DNA of 64,000 nt from an uncultured Lachnospiraceae bacterium (GTDB lineage Bacteria; Bacillota; Clostridia; Lachnospirales; Lachnospiraceae), in contig CAMWJF010000012.1 in assembly GCA_947174505.1 (NCBI GenBank), positions 10,607 through 74,606 on the forward strand, given 5' to 3'. Positions 11,437 to 22,125 of this stretch are shown piece by piece. Both the position numbers and the translations under genes were made by a program. The stretch's first letter is position 1, and each line of letters opens with the position of its first letter. The notes beneath the pieces are model-generated. The model was not told where the DNA came from. It worked only from the letters and a program-made list of their open reading frames with translations, and did no database searches.

Positions 11437-11946
11437 TCATCCTAAATCTACATGACTCTGCGTGGTGTTGATATAGTTTACGAGCCCTTCCGCTGCGATA
11501 ATCTTCTGCATGAACGCAGGGAACGCCTGTCCCTGATAGGTCGTCCCTTTGGTCACATCGGTAATGATGCCGGAATCGAAATCCACTTCCACTTCGTCTC
11601 CCGCCTCAATCGCCGCAGCCGCCTCAGGGCACTCCACGATGGGCAGGCCGATGTTGATGGCATTCCTGTAAAAGATGCGGGCAAAGGTCTCTGCGATCAC
11701 ACAGCTTACGCCTGCCGCCTTGATGGCGATGGGCGCGTGCTCTCTCGAAGAGCCGCAGCCGAAATTCTTAGTGGCCACGATGATATCCCCTTTTTGCACC
11801 TTGTCGATAAAACCCTTGTCAATATCCTCCATACAGTGCTGCGCCAGCTCCGCCGGATCGGAGGAATTTAAGTAACGCGCCGGGATAATTACATCCGTAT
11901 CTACATTGTCTCCATATTTAAACACTGTTCCCTTTGCTGCTTTCAT
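11437..11946 (-). CDS. leuD: 3-isopropylmalate dehydratase small subunit
   Basis: [25 protein letters not shown] and [14 protein letters not shown] motifs. Confidence 0.93.
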   Translation of the reverse strand: MKAAKGTVFKYGDNVDTDVIIPARYLNSSDPAELAQHCMEDIDKGFIDKVQKGDIIVATKNFGCGSSREHAPIAIKAAGVSCVIAETFARIFYRNAINIGLPIVECPEAAAAIEAGDEVEVDFDSGIITDVTKGTTYQGQAFPAFMQKIIAAEGLVNYINTTQSHVDLG

Positions 11947-12049
11947 GACCTGTTTTCCTTTCTGTCTTTTCTTTTTTCTCTTTTCCTTTTATTCGATCAA
12001 TCATTTTGGACAATAGTTCTACCGCCATCTGATTCGCAATCTGTCCCAT
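11918..12049 (-). CDS. Unannotated 43-aa small ORF between leuC and leuD
   Basis: Manual translation: [47 protein letters not shown] upstream; fills the spacer and overlaps the leuD start. Confidence 0.5.
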   Translation of the reverse strand: MGQIANQMAVELLSKMIDRIKGKEKKEKTERKTGHESSKGNSV

Positions 12050-12076
12050 AATCCATCCTCTTCCAATCAGCCGAAA

Positions 12077-13342
12077 TCAGGGAAGCTGACAGGGGCAGGA
12101 AATCTTTCCTGTCACCGCGCTGGCCGCCGCTACTGCGGGACTTGCCAGATAAATCTCCGAGTTGACATGACCCATACGGCCCACAAAATTGCGGTTGGTG
12201 GTGGAAACACAGCGCTCACCCTCCGCAAGAATCCCCATGTAACCGCCAAGGCACGGCCCGCAGGTGGGGGTGCTCACAATCGCGCCCGCCTCGATAAAGG
12301 TCTTTAAAAGTCCCTCCTCCATGGCCTGCAGATAGATCGCCTGTGTGGCGGGAATCACAATACAGCGCATACCCTGCGCCACATGTCTGCCCTTCAGGAC
12401 TTTTGCGGCAATCCGCAGATCATCCAGTCTGCCGTTGGTGCAGGAGCCGATCACCACCTGATCCACAGCGATATCGTCCTTAATTTCATCAATGGTCTTT
12501 GTGTTCTCCGGCAGATGGGGAAATGCAACCGTGGGACGCAGCGCACTCAGGTCAATGGTGTATTCCTCGTCATAGACTGCGTCTGCATCCGCCTCATATA
12601 TCTTATACTCTCTCGTACTGTGCTCCCTCATGTATGCAGCGGCAAGCTCATCCACCGGGAAAATGCCGTTCTTGCCGCCCGCCTCAATGGCCATATTGGC
12701 AATGGTGAAGCGGTCGTCCATGGTCAGGTTTGCGATGCCATCCCCGGTAAATTCCATGGATTTGTAGAGCGCGCCGTCCACACCGATCATGCCGATGATG
12801 TGCAGGATCACATCCTTGCCGCTGACCCATTCAGAGGGCTTTCCTGTCAGGTTGAATCTGATGGCGGAGGGCACCTTAAACCAGGCCTTGCCGGTAGCCA
12901 TCCCGGCTGCCATATCCGTGCTGCCAACGCCCGTGGAAAATGCACCCAGCGCGCCGTATGTACAGGTGTGGGAGTCTGCGCCGATAATCACGTCTCCCGC
13001 CACGGTCAGTCCCTGTTCCGGGAGAAGGGCGTGCTCGATGCCCATCTGTCCCACTTCAAAGTAGTTGGTAATCTCGTTTTTCCTCGCAAATTCCCGCACA
13101 CACTTACAGTGCTCCGCTGACTTGATATCCTTATTGGGGACGAAATGATCCGGCACCAGCGCAATCTTATCCTTGTCAAACACACCGTCCACCTTCATTT
13201 TTTCCATTTCCTTAATCGCAACGGGGCTGGTGATATCATTGCCCAGAACCAGATCGAGATCGGCCTCGATGAGCTGTCCCGCCTCCACCTGCTCCAGACC
13301 GGCGTGCGCCGCCAGAATTTTCTGTGTCATTGTCATTCCCAT
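12077..13342 (-). CDS. leuC: 3-isopropylmalate dehydratase large subunit (short, 421-aa type)
   Basis: [15 protein letters not shown] and CGPCLG (4Fe-4S cysteines); [12 protein letters not shown]. Confidence 0.93.
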   Translation of the reverse strand: MGMTMTQKILAAHAGLEQVEAGQLIEADLDLVLGNDITSPVAIKEMEKMKVDGVFDKDKIALVPDHFVPNKDIKSAEHCKCVREFARKNEITNYFEVGQMGIEHALLPEQGLTVAGDVIIGADSHTCTYGALGAFSTGVGSTDMAAGMATGKAWFKVPSAIRFNLTGKPSEWVSGKDVILHIIGMIGVDGALYKSMEFTGDGIANLTMDDRFTIANMAIEAGGKNGIFPVDELAAAYMREHSTREYKIYEADADAVYDEEYTIDLSALRPTVAFPHLPENTKTIDEIKDDIAVDQVVIGSCTNGRLDDLRIAAKVLKGRHVAQGMRCIVIPATQAIYLQAMEEGLLKTFIEAGAIVSTPTCGPCLGGYMGILAEGERCVSTTNRNFVGRMGHVNSEIYLASPAVAAASAVTGKISCPCQLP

Positions 13343-13601
13343 AACTGTTTCCTCCTCTTCTCTCCAGGCTCCATGTTTAGTTTATCATATTTCCGTACAG
13401 ATGCAATCCCCTTTAAAGCGCTGTTTCCAGTCACACCTAATCCAAATTTTGCATTCGTTTTTGATTATTCGGTGTGAGTAAAACAGATAATGTGCGCAAT
13501 ATGTATATGCTTTCTTGTATTATAATATGGCAAATGATATAATTCAAATATATGTAATTTATGAAATATATAAATTGAATTTATAAAGGAGAACTATTTC
13601 T

Positions 13602-14480
13602 ATGGAAATCTCTGACAATCTTTCCCGATATAAGATTTTTCTCGCAGTCGCCGAATGCCAAAGTATTTCCAAGGCTGCTGCACAGTTATATATCTCGCAG
13701 CCCGCGGTCAGCATAACCATCAAAAAACTGGAGGACAGCCTGAATACCACTCTTTTTATCAGAAAATCAAAAGGGGTTACACTTACGGAAAACGGAAGAA
13801 CCTTATACGAAAACATAAAAAAGGCATTTCAGATACTGACAGATACGGAAGACAAACTGAAGCATGAGCAGAGCACCGGATACCTGCGGATCGCCGCCAG
13901 CAACGTGCTGTGTAAACATTATCTCATGCCCTATCTCAAAGAATTTACGGGCCGTTATCCCAATACGGACATATCCATTACCTGTACGTCCTCCTCGGCA
14001 GCCTGCTCCATGGTTGAACAGGGTAATATCGATCTGGCGCTTGCGGCTAAACCGGAAAATCCCGGAACGGCAGTTTACCATTCTCTTGGTGTGATTGAAT
14101 ATATATTTGTCTGTACCCCGGCATACAGGGATAAATTAAACTGTGACAATGACGCGGTATTTGAACACGGAAATATCATGCTGCTCGACCAGGACAATGT
14201 TTCCCGCAGACATTTGAACAGCTATTACGCACAAAATAAAATTACCCCTCTGCATATCCTCGAAGTGAATGAGATGGATCTGCTGATCGAATTTGCGAAA
14301 ATGGGGATAGGGGTATCCTGTGTTGTAAAACAGTTTGTGGAGCAGGAATTGCAGGAAGGCTCCCTGATAGAAATAGAATTATCCGAACCCATATCCCCTC
14401 GCGAAATCGGTTTTTTCTATCACCACATCCAGCCGGTGAATGAAAACATATTAAAATTGATAGAACTGGAAGCAAAATAG
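13602..14480 (+). CDS. LysR-family transcriptional regulator, divergent from leuC
   Basis: SISKAAAQLYISQPAVSITIKKLE HTH and LFIR...LTENG. AT-rich divergent spacer. Confidence 0.95.
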   Translation: MEISDNLSRYKIFLAVAECQSISKAAAQLYISQPAVSITIKKLEDSLNTTLFIRKSKGVTLTENGRTLYENIKKAFQILTDTEDKLKHEQSTGYLRIAASNVLCKHYLMPYLKEFTGRYPNTDISITCTSSSAACSMVEQGNIDLALAAKPENPGTAVYHSLGVIEYIFVCTPAYRDKLNCDNDAVFEHGNIMLLDQDNVSRRHLNSYYAQNKITPLHILEVNEMDLLIEFAKMGIGVSCVVKQFVEQELQEGSLIEIELSEPISPREIGFFYHHIQPVNENILKLIELEAK

Positions 14481-14483
14481 TCC

Positions 14484-16826
14484 TTACATCTCCTTCCAGA
14501 TCAAGAGTACCTTGAACAGATCCCCGTCGATCTCCAGCTCCATCCTTCCGCCCTGCAGCTCCACAAAGCTTCTGGCGATGGCAAGCCCCAGACCGCTGCC
14601 CTCGCTGCTTCTTGCACTGTCGCCCCTGACAAACCGGTCCGTCAGACTCTCGGCTGGAATATTCAGCTCATAGCCCGATATATTTTTCAGCTCAATCCGA
14701 ATCTCATCCTCCATCTGCTCCACACGCACATATACCCGCGTGTCCGGCATGGCGTACTTGATGATGTTCGTATACAAATTGTCAAAAATCCGACTTGTTT
14801 TCTCCCCGTCCAGCATCAGAAATACCTTCTGCTGCGGGAATTGAAAACGAAAGACCAGACCGGCCTCTTTCGCCTTATCCTCATACTCCAGATACATCTG
14901 CCTCACCAGATGACAGATATCAACCTTTTCGGTATGGAAGACCACATTGCCGCTGTTCGCCTTGCTCACCTCGAACAGATCCTCGATCAGCGTCTTTAAG
15001 CGAAGGGATTTTCTCTTAAGCACAGCCAGATATTCCGCCTGCTGTTCCTTCGTGACATTCTTCTCCTGTAGAAGCTCAATATAAGTGATGATGGCGGTAA
15101 GGGGCGTCTTCAAATCATGGGACACATTGGTGATTAGCTCCGTGCGCATGCGCTGGCTTTTCACTTCCTCCTCCACCGCTTTGGAAAAGCCCGTCTGAAT
15201 CTCCGAAAGCTCTTCCTGAAAAGCAGAAAACATCCCCCAATCCCCCTCAATCTCCGTCTGCAGATTCCCCGATGCAACGGAACGGACCGCCATGAGCAGG
15301 CTTGTATACTGCCCCTGAATTATACGAATATACTTTCTCAACAGGCCATAGAGAAAGACCGTGTATGGAATCAGCAGGACCACACCGAACAGCCAAAACA
15401 GACTAATGACCGACAGAACCAGGAAATTAGCCAAAAGCAGCTTAAACAGCGGCATATTCATATTCTGCTCCAGATCCATGTGCAGAAATTCCCGTTTGAT
15501 GCGCGCCCGTTTTCTTCTGGCCGAAGCCCGCGTATACCGGAACAGACGGTAACAGAAACACCGTTTCCGAAAATATCCTCTAATACCAGACACATACACC
15601 TGACCGAGAGCTGTCACCAGCGTAAACCACAGCGTAAACGCCATCGTCAAAAGCAGCAGATTGATCACCCAAACAATGGTTCTTGCTCCCACCGCTGCAG
15701 AAAGCCCCGGAAATGCGGTACGGAGCATATAGGGCAGGCTGTACTCCCAACTGTCCGACATGGAATACCTGACAAGAGTGGCAGCAATTTCTCCGAGTAT
15801 AAGAAACGAGGCAAATAGCAGAACCACCAGCACCTCTATATGCAGCGGCAGCTCATTGCTCTCGTGCAGATGATACTTTTTCCACAGCGGCAGAAGCATT
15901 GCGGCAATCCCCAGAATGATCAGCAGCGCCCGAAAAGCATCCTGAATCCCGCTGTTCAGATAATTTCCCGCAGAACTCATAGCGAGAAACAGACGTGAGG
16001 ATGCTTTCACCTCATTCAACTGCGCCTCCGTCAGCGCGTAACAGACAGTACAGTTTTTCGGCAGATTCAGGACCTGTAGGTCCATCTGCATCGCAGTCCC
16101 GTCCACCATATAATAAATGGTGTCTTCCCAGTTAATGAGCCTGTAAGCGGAATAGGACAGATTCTCATAGAGACTCCGTTCCAGATAACGGCTCCGCATC
16201 ACACGCTGCACATTCTCCACGAGCGTATCCACATCCTCGCCCCGCACCCATACATGCTCCAGAAGTCCCTTTTCGTCAAAGTCCAGCTTGATATAATAGG
16301 GATAATAAGTATCCAGATAAACGGCTTCCTCTTCCGTGCCAAGCTGATGCAATGCATGCTCCGTATTGGCAAGCGACTTTCCGCTTTCACGGTCAATGAT
16401 CACATAGTCTGTCTGCTGCTCCAATCCTTCCAGTAAAGAAAGCTCCCACTGGTCAAGCAGTTCATCCAACTGCTCTCCCACGTAGGAAAGGGGCGTCCCG
16501 CCGTCAAAGTCGTTGTATGATGCAAAGTTCTCCGCTTTTTCGGCTTCTCCGCTCAGAAAAATATCCTGTGCAGATACTTCCTCTCCTGCTCTCGCTTCAT
16601 TAAGCTGTTTGTAGAGCACAATGTTTGCCTGATAGATTTCATGTAAAAACTCGCTGCCGGCAAGAATATTCGGCTCATCCGCCTCCGCCCGTTCCTTAAA
16701 TCCCGGATACTTCGACATAAAGAACAGAGAGGCGGAAAGAATCAGTATCCCCGCAACTATCAGCCCCGGCATCCTCTGCCGTTTCATGATTTTTTCTGTC
16801 TTACTGTTTATCGATTTTATACCCAA
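14484..16826 (-). CDS. Membrane sensor histidine kinase
   Basis: H-box SHDLKTPLT, N-box NLYTNIIKY, GSGLGLAIA. Multiple TM helices. Overlaps the response regulator 3' end. Confidence 0.93.
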   Translation of the reverse strand: MGIKSINSKTEKIMKRQRMPGLIVAGILILSASLFFMSKYPGFKERAEADEPNILAGSEFLHEIYQANIVLYKQLNEARAGEEVSAQDIFLSGEAEKAENFASYNDFDGGTPLSYVGEQLDELLDQWELSLLEGLEQQTDYVIIDRESGKSLANTEHALHQLGTEEEAVYLDTYYPYYIKLDFDEKGLLEHVWVRGEDVDTLVENVQRVMRSRYLERSLYENLSYSAYRLINWEDTIYYMVDGTAMQMDLQVLNLPKNCTVCYALTEAQLNEVKASSRLFLAMSSAGNYLNSGIQDAFRALLIILGIAAMLLPLWKKYHLHESNELPLHIEVLVVLLFASFLILGEIAATLVRYSMSDSWEYSLPYMLRTAFPGLSAAVGARTIVWVINLLLLTMAFTLWFTLVTALGQVYVSGIRGYFRKRCFCYRLFRYTRASARRKRARIKREFLHMDLEQNMNMPLFKLLLANFLVLSVISLFWLFGVVLLIPYTVFLYGLLRKYIRIIQGQYTSLLMAVRSVASGNLQTEIEGDWGMFSAFQEELSEIQTGFSKAVEEEVKSQRMRTELITNVSHDLKTPLTAIITYIELLQEKNVTKEQQAEYLAVLKRKSLRLKTLIEDLFEVSKANSGNVVFHTEKVDICHLVRQMYLEYEDKAKEAGLVFRFQFPQQKVFLMLDGEKTSRIFDNLYTNIIKYAMPDTRVYVRVEQMEDEIRIELKNISGYELNIPAESLTDRFVRGDSARSSEGSGLGLAIARSFVELQGGRMELEIDGDLFKVLLIWKEM

Positions 16827-17511
16827 CGCCCCACACCACCTTCAAATATTTTGGTTCCCGGGGATTCATTTCGATCTTTTCCCGGATTTTTCTGACATGC
16901 ACCATGATCGTGTCCGTGTTAATCGCCTGTTCGTTCCAGACCCGCTCGTAAATTTCTTCCGCGGAATAGACCCGCCCCGGACTTTTGATGAGAAGCAGAA
17001 GGATTTTAAACTCCGTGGGCGTCAGCTTCACGGAATTGCCGTCCAGAAACACCTCGACGGTATCCTCATGCACTTCCAGTCCGCCGATCGTATAGACCCG
17101 CTCCTCGTTTTCTGTTTTACGTCCGTCCTTCATTTCCAGAAAACGGCTGTAACGCCGCAGATGAGAATTAACTCTGGCAAGAAGCTCCATGGTGGTAAAG
17201 GGCTTCGTCACATAGTCGTCCGCCCCCATATTCAGCCCCATGATCTTATCCACTTCCTCCGATTTGGCGGAGAGCATGATAACCGGAAACTCGTACCCCA
17301 GCTCCCGCACCCGCATCATCATGTTGATCCCGTCCATCCGCGGCATCATGACGTCCACAATCGCCAGATGGATGTTCTCCTTCTCGATCACGGAAAGCCC
17401 CTCCACGCCGTCTGCGGCCTGAAAAACGATATAGCCCTGATTTTTCAGGTAGATTTCTATGCCTTCCCTGATATCCCTGTCGTCCTCCACGATCAAAATA
17501 TGGTAATCCAT
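16801..17511 (-). CDS. OmpR-family response regulator
   Basis: ILIVEDD, DVMMPRMDG, GADDYVTKPF and VWGVGYK. Start at MDYH behind GGAGG (ORF track starts at 17574). Confidence 0.95.
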   Translation of the reverse strand: MDYHILIVEDDRDIREGIEIYLKNQGYIVFQAADGVEGLSVIEKENIHLAIVDVMMPRMDGINMMMRVRELGYEFPVIMLSAKSEEVDKIMGLNMGADDYVTKPFTTMELLARVNSHLRRYSRFLEMKDGRKTENEERVYTIGGLEVHEDTVEVFLDGNSVKLTPTEFKILLLLIKSPGRVYSAEEIYERVWNEQAINTDTIMVHVRKIREKIEMNPREPKYLKVVWGVGYKIDKQ

Positions 17512-17607
17512 TGTCTGTTCCTCCACTTGCCCTTTTCCACAGTGCACGCTCTCTGTCTGGCACTGTTCTATCATAACCGAAGAATCTAAACAGAAACCGC
17601 TGTCAGT

Positions 17608-17625
17608 TCTTAAGAAATTCTAAAT
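17608..17625 (-). promoter_or_regulatory. Possible OmpR-type direct-repeat site upstream of the two-component operon
   Basis: Minus strand TTTAG-N6-TTAAG, upstream of a TATGAT -10 with no good -35. Confidence 0.35.
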
Positions 17626-17654
17626 AAAACCCCTAAAAATCCAAAATATTAAAA

Positions 17655-17697
17655 AAGAAGAAAGGCACCCCGGCCGGATGACCGGCGGAATGCCTCT
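17655..17697 (-). terminator. Intrinsic terminator of ilvN-ilvC
   Basis: GC-rich AGGCA...GCCGG/CCGGC...TGCCT hairpin followed by a T-rich tract on the minus strand. Confidence 0.65.
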
Positions 17698-17793
17698 TAT
17701 TATCTTATGTTATCTCAGTCTCCAGGCGGGACTGCACTGTCCGTGCAGGCGCCATACCGTTACTGCATGTGCACGGCTTAACAGTTAACGCGG

Positions 17794-18840
<1,047 letters not shown>

Positions 18841-18889
18841 TTAATGATATATATTTCCTATAACTGAAAGGGAAACTCCCTTGAGCTAA

Positions 18890-19390
18890 CTATAAATAAG
18901 TGACCTGATCGATACCGCGGCTTAAGCCTGCAATACCGGTACGGGCAACCTCCAGAATCTCATAGCCGTCGAGAACCGCGATAAAGGCGTCGATTTTGTC
19001 CTGATCCCCGATCAGTTCAATGGTGATGCTGCCGGGGGAAACATCCACGGGATCCGCACGGTAGGCATTCGCCACCGCAAACACATCGATACGGTCCCTT
19101 GCAGAGGTCACTCTCACCTTAATCAGGGCAAGCTCCCTGTACACGCTTTCGCCGGGCTTCAGCTCCTTGATATCCCGCACATCCACCAGCTTGGCTACCT
19201 GTTTCTCGATCTGCTCCAGAATCTCATCATCCCCGGAGGTAACGATCGTAATGCGGGTATAGCGGGGATCCGCCGTCACGCCCGCGGTAATACTGTCAAT
19301 ATTGTAGCCGCGTCTGGAAAAAAGGCCGGCAATACGGCTTAACACACCCGATGTATTATCAACCAACAACTGAAAAACCTTTTTCTGCAT
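18890..19390 (-). CDS. ilvN: Acetolactate synthase small subunit (copy next to ilvC)
   Basis: GVLSRIAGLFSRRGYNIDS ACT domain, RELALIKV and EVARTG. Confidence 0.92.
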   Translation of the reverse strand: MQKKVFQLLVDNTSGVLSRIAGLFSRRGYNIDSITAGVTADPRYTRITIVTSGDDEILEQIEKQVAKLVDVRDIKELKPGESVYRELALIKVRVTSARDRIDVFAVANAYRADPVDVSPGSITIELIGDQDKIDAFIAVLDGYEILEVARTGIAGLSRGIDQVTYL

Positions 19391-19489
19391 AGTAACATCC
19401 TTTCTTCCGGTTTCCAGTCAGCGCACTTTTGCAATCTGACCTTTCAACATAAACACTGTCAATAATTGTAGCAACATAAGGGCAAAAAG

Positions 19490-19627
19490 TCAACTGCGCC
19501 GTCCTTCCGGCATCGGGAAAATCCGAACATACTTTTTTAATATTTCATCCTTGATTTCCGCTTTCGGACAGTACGCGCTAAAAATAGCAGTCAGTTTATC
19601 GAGGTATTTCCTTTTTATGTCAATCAT
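19490..19627 (-). pseudogene. Internally deleted remnant resembling a minimal nucleotidyltransferase (MNT)
   Basis: Manual translation: MIDIKRKYLDKLTAIFSAYCPKAEI|KDEILKKYVRIFPMPEGRRS, with a GAGGT RBS. Both termini resemble MNT; the GS-x-D-x-D core is absent. Confidence 0.5.
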
Positions 19628-19726
19628 GGTCAATGACCTCTTTCAGCTTTCGCCACGTTACGATACCTGCCACTCATCGTACCAATTTAAGGAAGAAAAG
19701 TCAACATACTGCGAGGGAGCCGACAG

Positions 19727-21427
19727 CTAAACGGTACTTTTCCCAATCAGCACTTTCTTCCCGCAGAAAGCAAACCCGTATTTTCGAATACGCTCTTCTG
19801 AAATCCCCTTTGCAATCAGATTTGCCTGATACTTCTTTTCCTCTATCTGTCTGAGCGCCGCCTCTACTGTATCAGTCAATTCTGTCTCGTCCTCATCCTG
19901 CACTTTAAACTCCAGTATGATTGCGTCATTCTCCACGTTCCTTGGCTCCAGCATGACGTCATACCGTCCGAAACCGCTTTCACGGTTGGAGGTGACTATA
20001 TATCTGTCGGCTATCTCTACCATCAGTCCTAAGACAAAGCCATGATAAAACCGCTCCGGCTGCCTGTCAGAGGGCCTGCTTCCTGTGTCAAAGCTACCAA
20101 ACATTTCCGAAGAAACCTTGTTCATGAAAGTATTCATTGTCTTAAGATCGTCATCTATCAACGCCTTGACAAAAACATGATACTCGGAAGATACGCTGTC
20201 AAACCAGCCTTTCACCATATTAACAAACATAATTCTGGTTTCCAGATTGGTAAGCGCCAGCTCATATTCCTCTTTCCATTCGCCGAACTCTGTCATATAA
20301 GTCTGATAGTTTTTCACCTTCAAATAGCCGCTTGCCAGAAGAAGGCTCCAGACCGCATTCTTTTTCACGGAAAGCTGGTCATATATAATCTGTTCCTCTA
20401 TCTCCATGCAGATACTTTCACCCTGTATCAATTGTTCAAAGATTTTTTTATCCTCCGGGCTGCCCTCCCGAATCAGTTTGCCCACAAGATCATTTGAGCT
20501 TGTATTCGCCCAATATAGCCCTACCTTTTTATCATCCAGAAAATTAATGACAGACCATGGATTATATATATCCGACCGTTTCCCAAATGAAAATCCGTCA
20601 TACCATTCTTTTACCCGCTGTTCCCAATCCGATAAACCATACGCGCTAAGCGCCGCAAACACTTCCTCCCCGGTAAAGCCGAAGCAGTCTGCATATTTAT
20701 CCGAAGTCGTCGTTACCACTTCCAGATTATTCAGGTCAGAAAAAACCGACTCCCTGCTCACTCTGGTAATCCCCGTCATGATGGCCCGTTCCAGATAGGG
20801 ATTTGTCTTAAATGTGGAATTAAACAGATTTCTGATAAAAGAGGCCATTTCCTTCCAATAACCGCCAACATAAGCTTCCTGCATGGGCGTATCGTATTCA
20901 TCCAAAAGCAGAATAACCTTCTTCCCGTAGCATCTGCTGAGGAAATCCGATAGGGACCTGAGTGATGCCGCCGCGATACTGTCTGACATTTCCGCAGTAA
21001 CCTTTTGATAATAATCTTTTTCCTTCTCATTGAGAAGATTATCCTTAAGCAAATAGTCGTGCTTATTATACTGCTCCTCTATCGTCCGACAGATGCTCTC
21101 CCTCGCATTTATGAAAGTATTATCTTTAACATTCGCAAAGCTGAGATAGAGGACGGGATATGTCCCCTGCATATTTCTGTATTTTTCATCCTGCCATATG
21201 GATAACCCGCCAAACAGTTCCCCCCGATTGGCATAATGAACAGAAAAAAATTTCTCCAGCATACTCATATTCAGTGTCTTGCCGAAACGTCTTGGCCGGG
21301 TAATCAGCGTCACCTCGTCATTCGACTCCCACCACTCCCGGATAAACGCTGTTTTGTCTATATAAAAGATATCATTGATCCTGACCTTTTCAAAATCCTG
21401 ATTTCCTATCCCGATTTTCTTTGTCAT
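19727..21427 (-). CDS. AAA-ATPase-like protein with a C-terminal PD-(D/E)XK nuclease domain
   Basis: IGIGNQDF, YIDKT, RPRRFGKT (Walker A), LLDEYD (Walker B), ERFYHGF and NRESGFGRYDV...ILEFK. Start at MTKK (ORF track starts at 21451). Confidence 0.9.
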   Translation of the reverse strand: MTKKIGIGNQDFEKVRINDIFYIDKTAFIREWWESNDEVTLITRPRRFGKTLNMSMLEKFFSVHYANRGELFGGLSIWQDEKYRNMQGTYPVLYLSFANVKDNTFINARESICRTIEEQYNKHDYLLKDNLLNEKEKDYYQKVTAEMSDSIAAASLRSLSDFLSRCYGKKVILLLDEYDTPMQEAYVGGYWKEMASFIRNLFNSTFKTNPYLERAIMTGITRVSRESVFSDLNNLEVVTTTSDKYADCFGFTGEEVFAALSAYGLSDWEQRVKEWYDGFSFGKRSDIYNPWSVINFLDDKKVGLYWANTSSNDLVGKLIREGSPEDKKIFEQLIQGESICMEIEEQIIYDQLSVKKNAVWSLLLASGYLKVKNYQTYMTEFGEWKEEYELALTNLETRIMFVNMVKGWFDSVSSEYHVFVKALIDDDLKTMNTFMNKVSSEMFGSFDTGSRPSDRQPERFYHGFVLGLMVEIADRYIVTSNRESGFGRYDVMLEPRNVENDAIILEFKVQDEDETELTDTVEAALRQIEEKKYQANLIAKGISEERIRKYGFAFCGKKVLIGKSTV

Positions 21428-21486
21428 AACCAGTTTTTCCTTCCCGACCACAACTGCAAAAACACCCTGCCATCCGGCCTGCTTAC

Positions 21487-21515
21487 AGTATAGTCGTTTT
21501 GCTATTAAAATGCAA
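21487..21515 (-). promoter_or_regulatory. Putative sigma-A promoter of the AAA-nuclease gene
   Basis: TTGCAT-N17-TATACT. Confidence 0.6.
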
Positions 21516-21526
21516 TAAACCCAGCA

Positions 21527-21555
21527 TGGACTTTACATTCCAGTTATGATATATT
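21527..21555 (+). promoter_or_regulatory. Putative sigma-A promoter of the 63-aa ORF
   Basis: TGGACT-N17-TATATT with TG upstream of the -10. Confidence 0.5.
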
Positions 21556-21601
21556 GTACATAGATTCACAATGAGTTATTTAATTTGGGAGGTGATACAA
21601 A

Positions 21602-21793
21602 ATGCCAAGTAATGGAGAAATTATTGAAAGAAATATCAACGAATTTCAAAAAATTCAGGCCCATATGATGATTGCCAGAGAGGAAAACGCCACAAAGACA
21701 TATGCCAGTTTGAAAAAGGATTATCGGTCATTAAAAGCTGTATTAACCACACTGGGCGTAAACCTGACAGATATTGATGAGATTAAGGAATAA
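21602..21793 (+). CDS. 63-aa hypothetical helical protein
   Basis: Strong GGAGGTG RBS, own promoter and a downstream terminator. Confidence 0.75.
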   Translation: MPSNGEIIERNINEFQKIQAHMMIAREENATKTYASLKKDYRSLKAVLTTLGVNLTDIDEIKE

Positions 21794-21811
21794 TTCCCGT
21801 GTAAGGGTAAC

Positions 21812-21850
21812 AAAACTATCGGAAGGATATTTTCCTCCCGATAGCTTTTT
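21812..21850. terminator. Bidirectional intrinsic terminator
   Basis: AAAACTATCGG...CCCGATAGCTTTTT hairpin with A/T tracts on both sides. Confidence 0.7.
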
Positions 21851-21895
21851 ATTCATCATAAGATTTAGAACCTTTTTTATCCAAACAGTCCCGTG

Positions 21896-22120
21896 TTATC
21901 TGTCCAGCCGATATTCGATACTGACTACAATATCATTCTGGGTAATTATAATCAGCAAAGTCTCCCCTCTTGTATAAGTGTAAACCGTCTCTTCTGCTTC
22001 ATACTCCTCCCCGTAGAGAGCTTTCATATTATCCACCGTATCGCCAAGACACAGCCCTTCTGTCGTTGGCAGATTGGGATTCAATGCTCCCGCAAACCGT
22101 ATTTCTGAGCCTAAGGCTCT
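21896..22120 (-). pseudogene. 5'-truncated gene remnant (C-terminal part of an exported-type protein)
   Basis: ...TTEGLCLGDTVDNMKALYGEEY...YTYTRG...VVSIEYRLDR reads like a protein C-terminus. In-frame stop 12 codons upstream of the TTG; no RBS. Confidence 0.45.
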
Positions 22121-22125
22121 TTATC

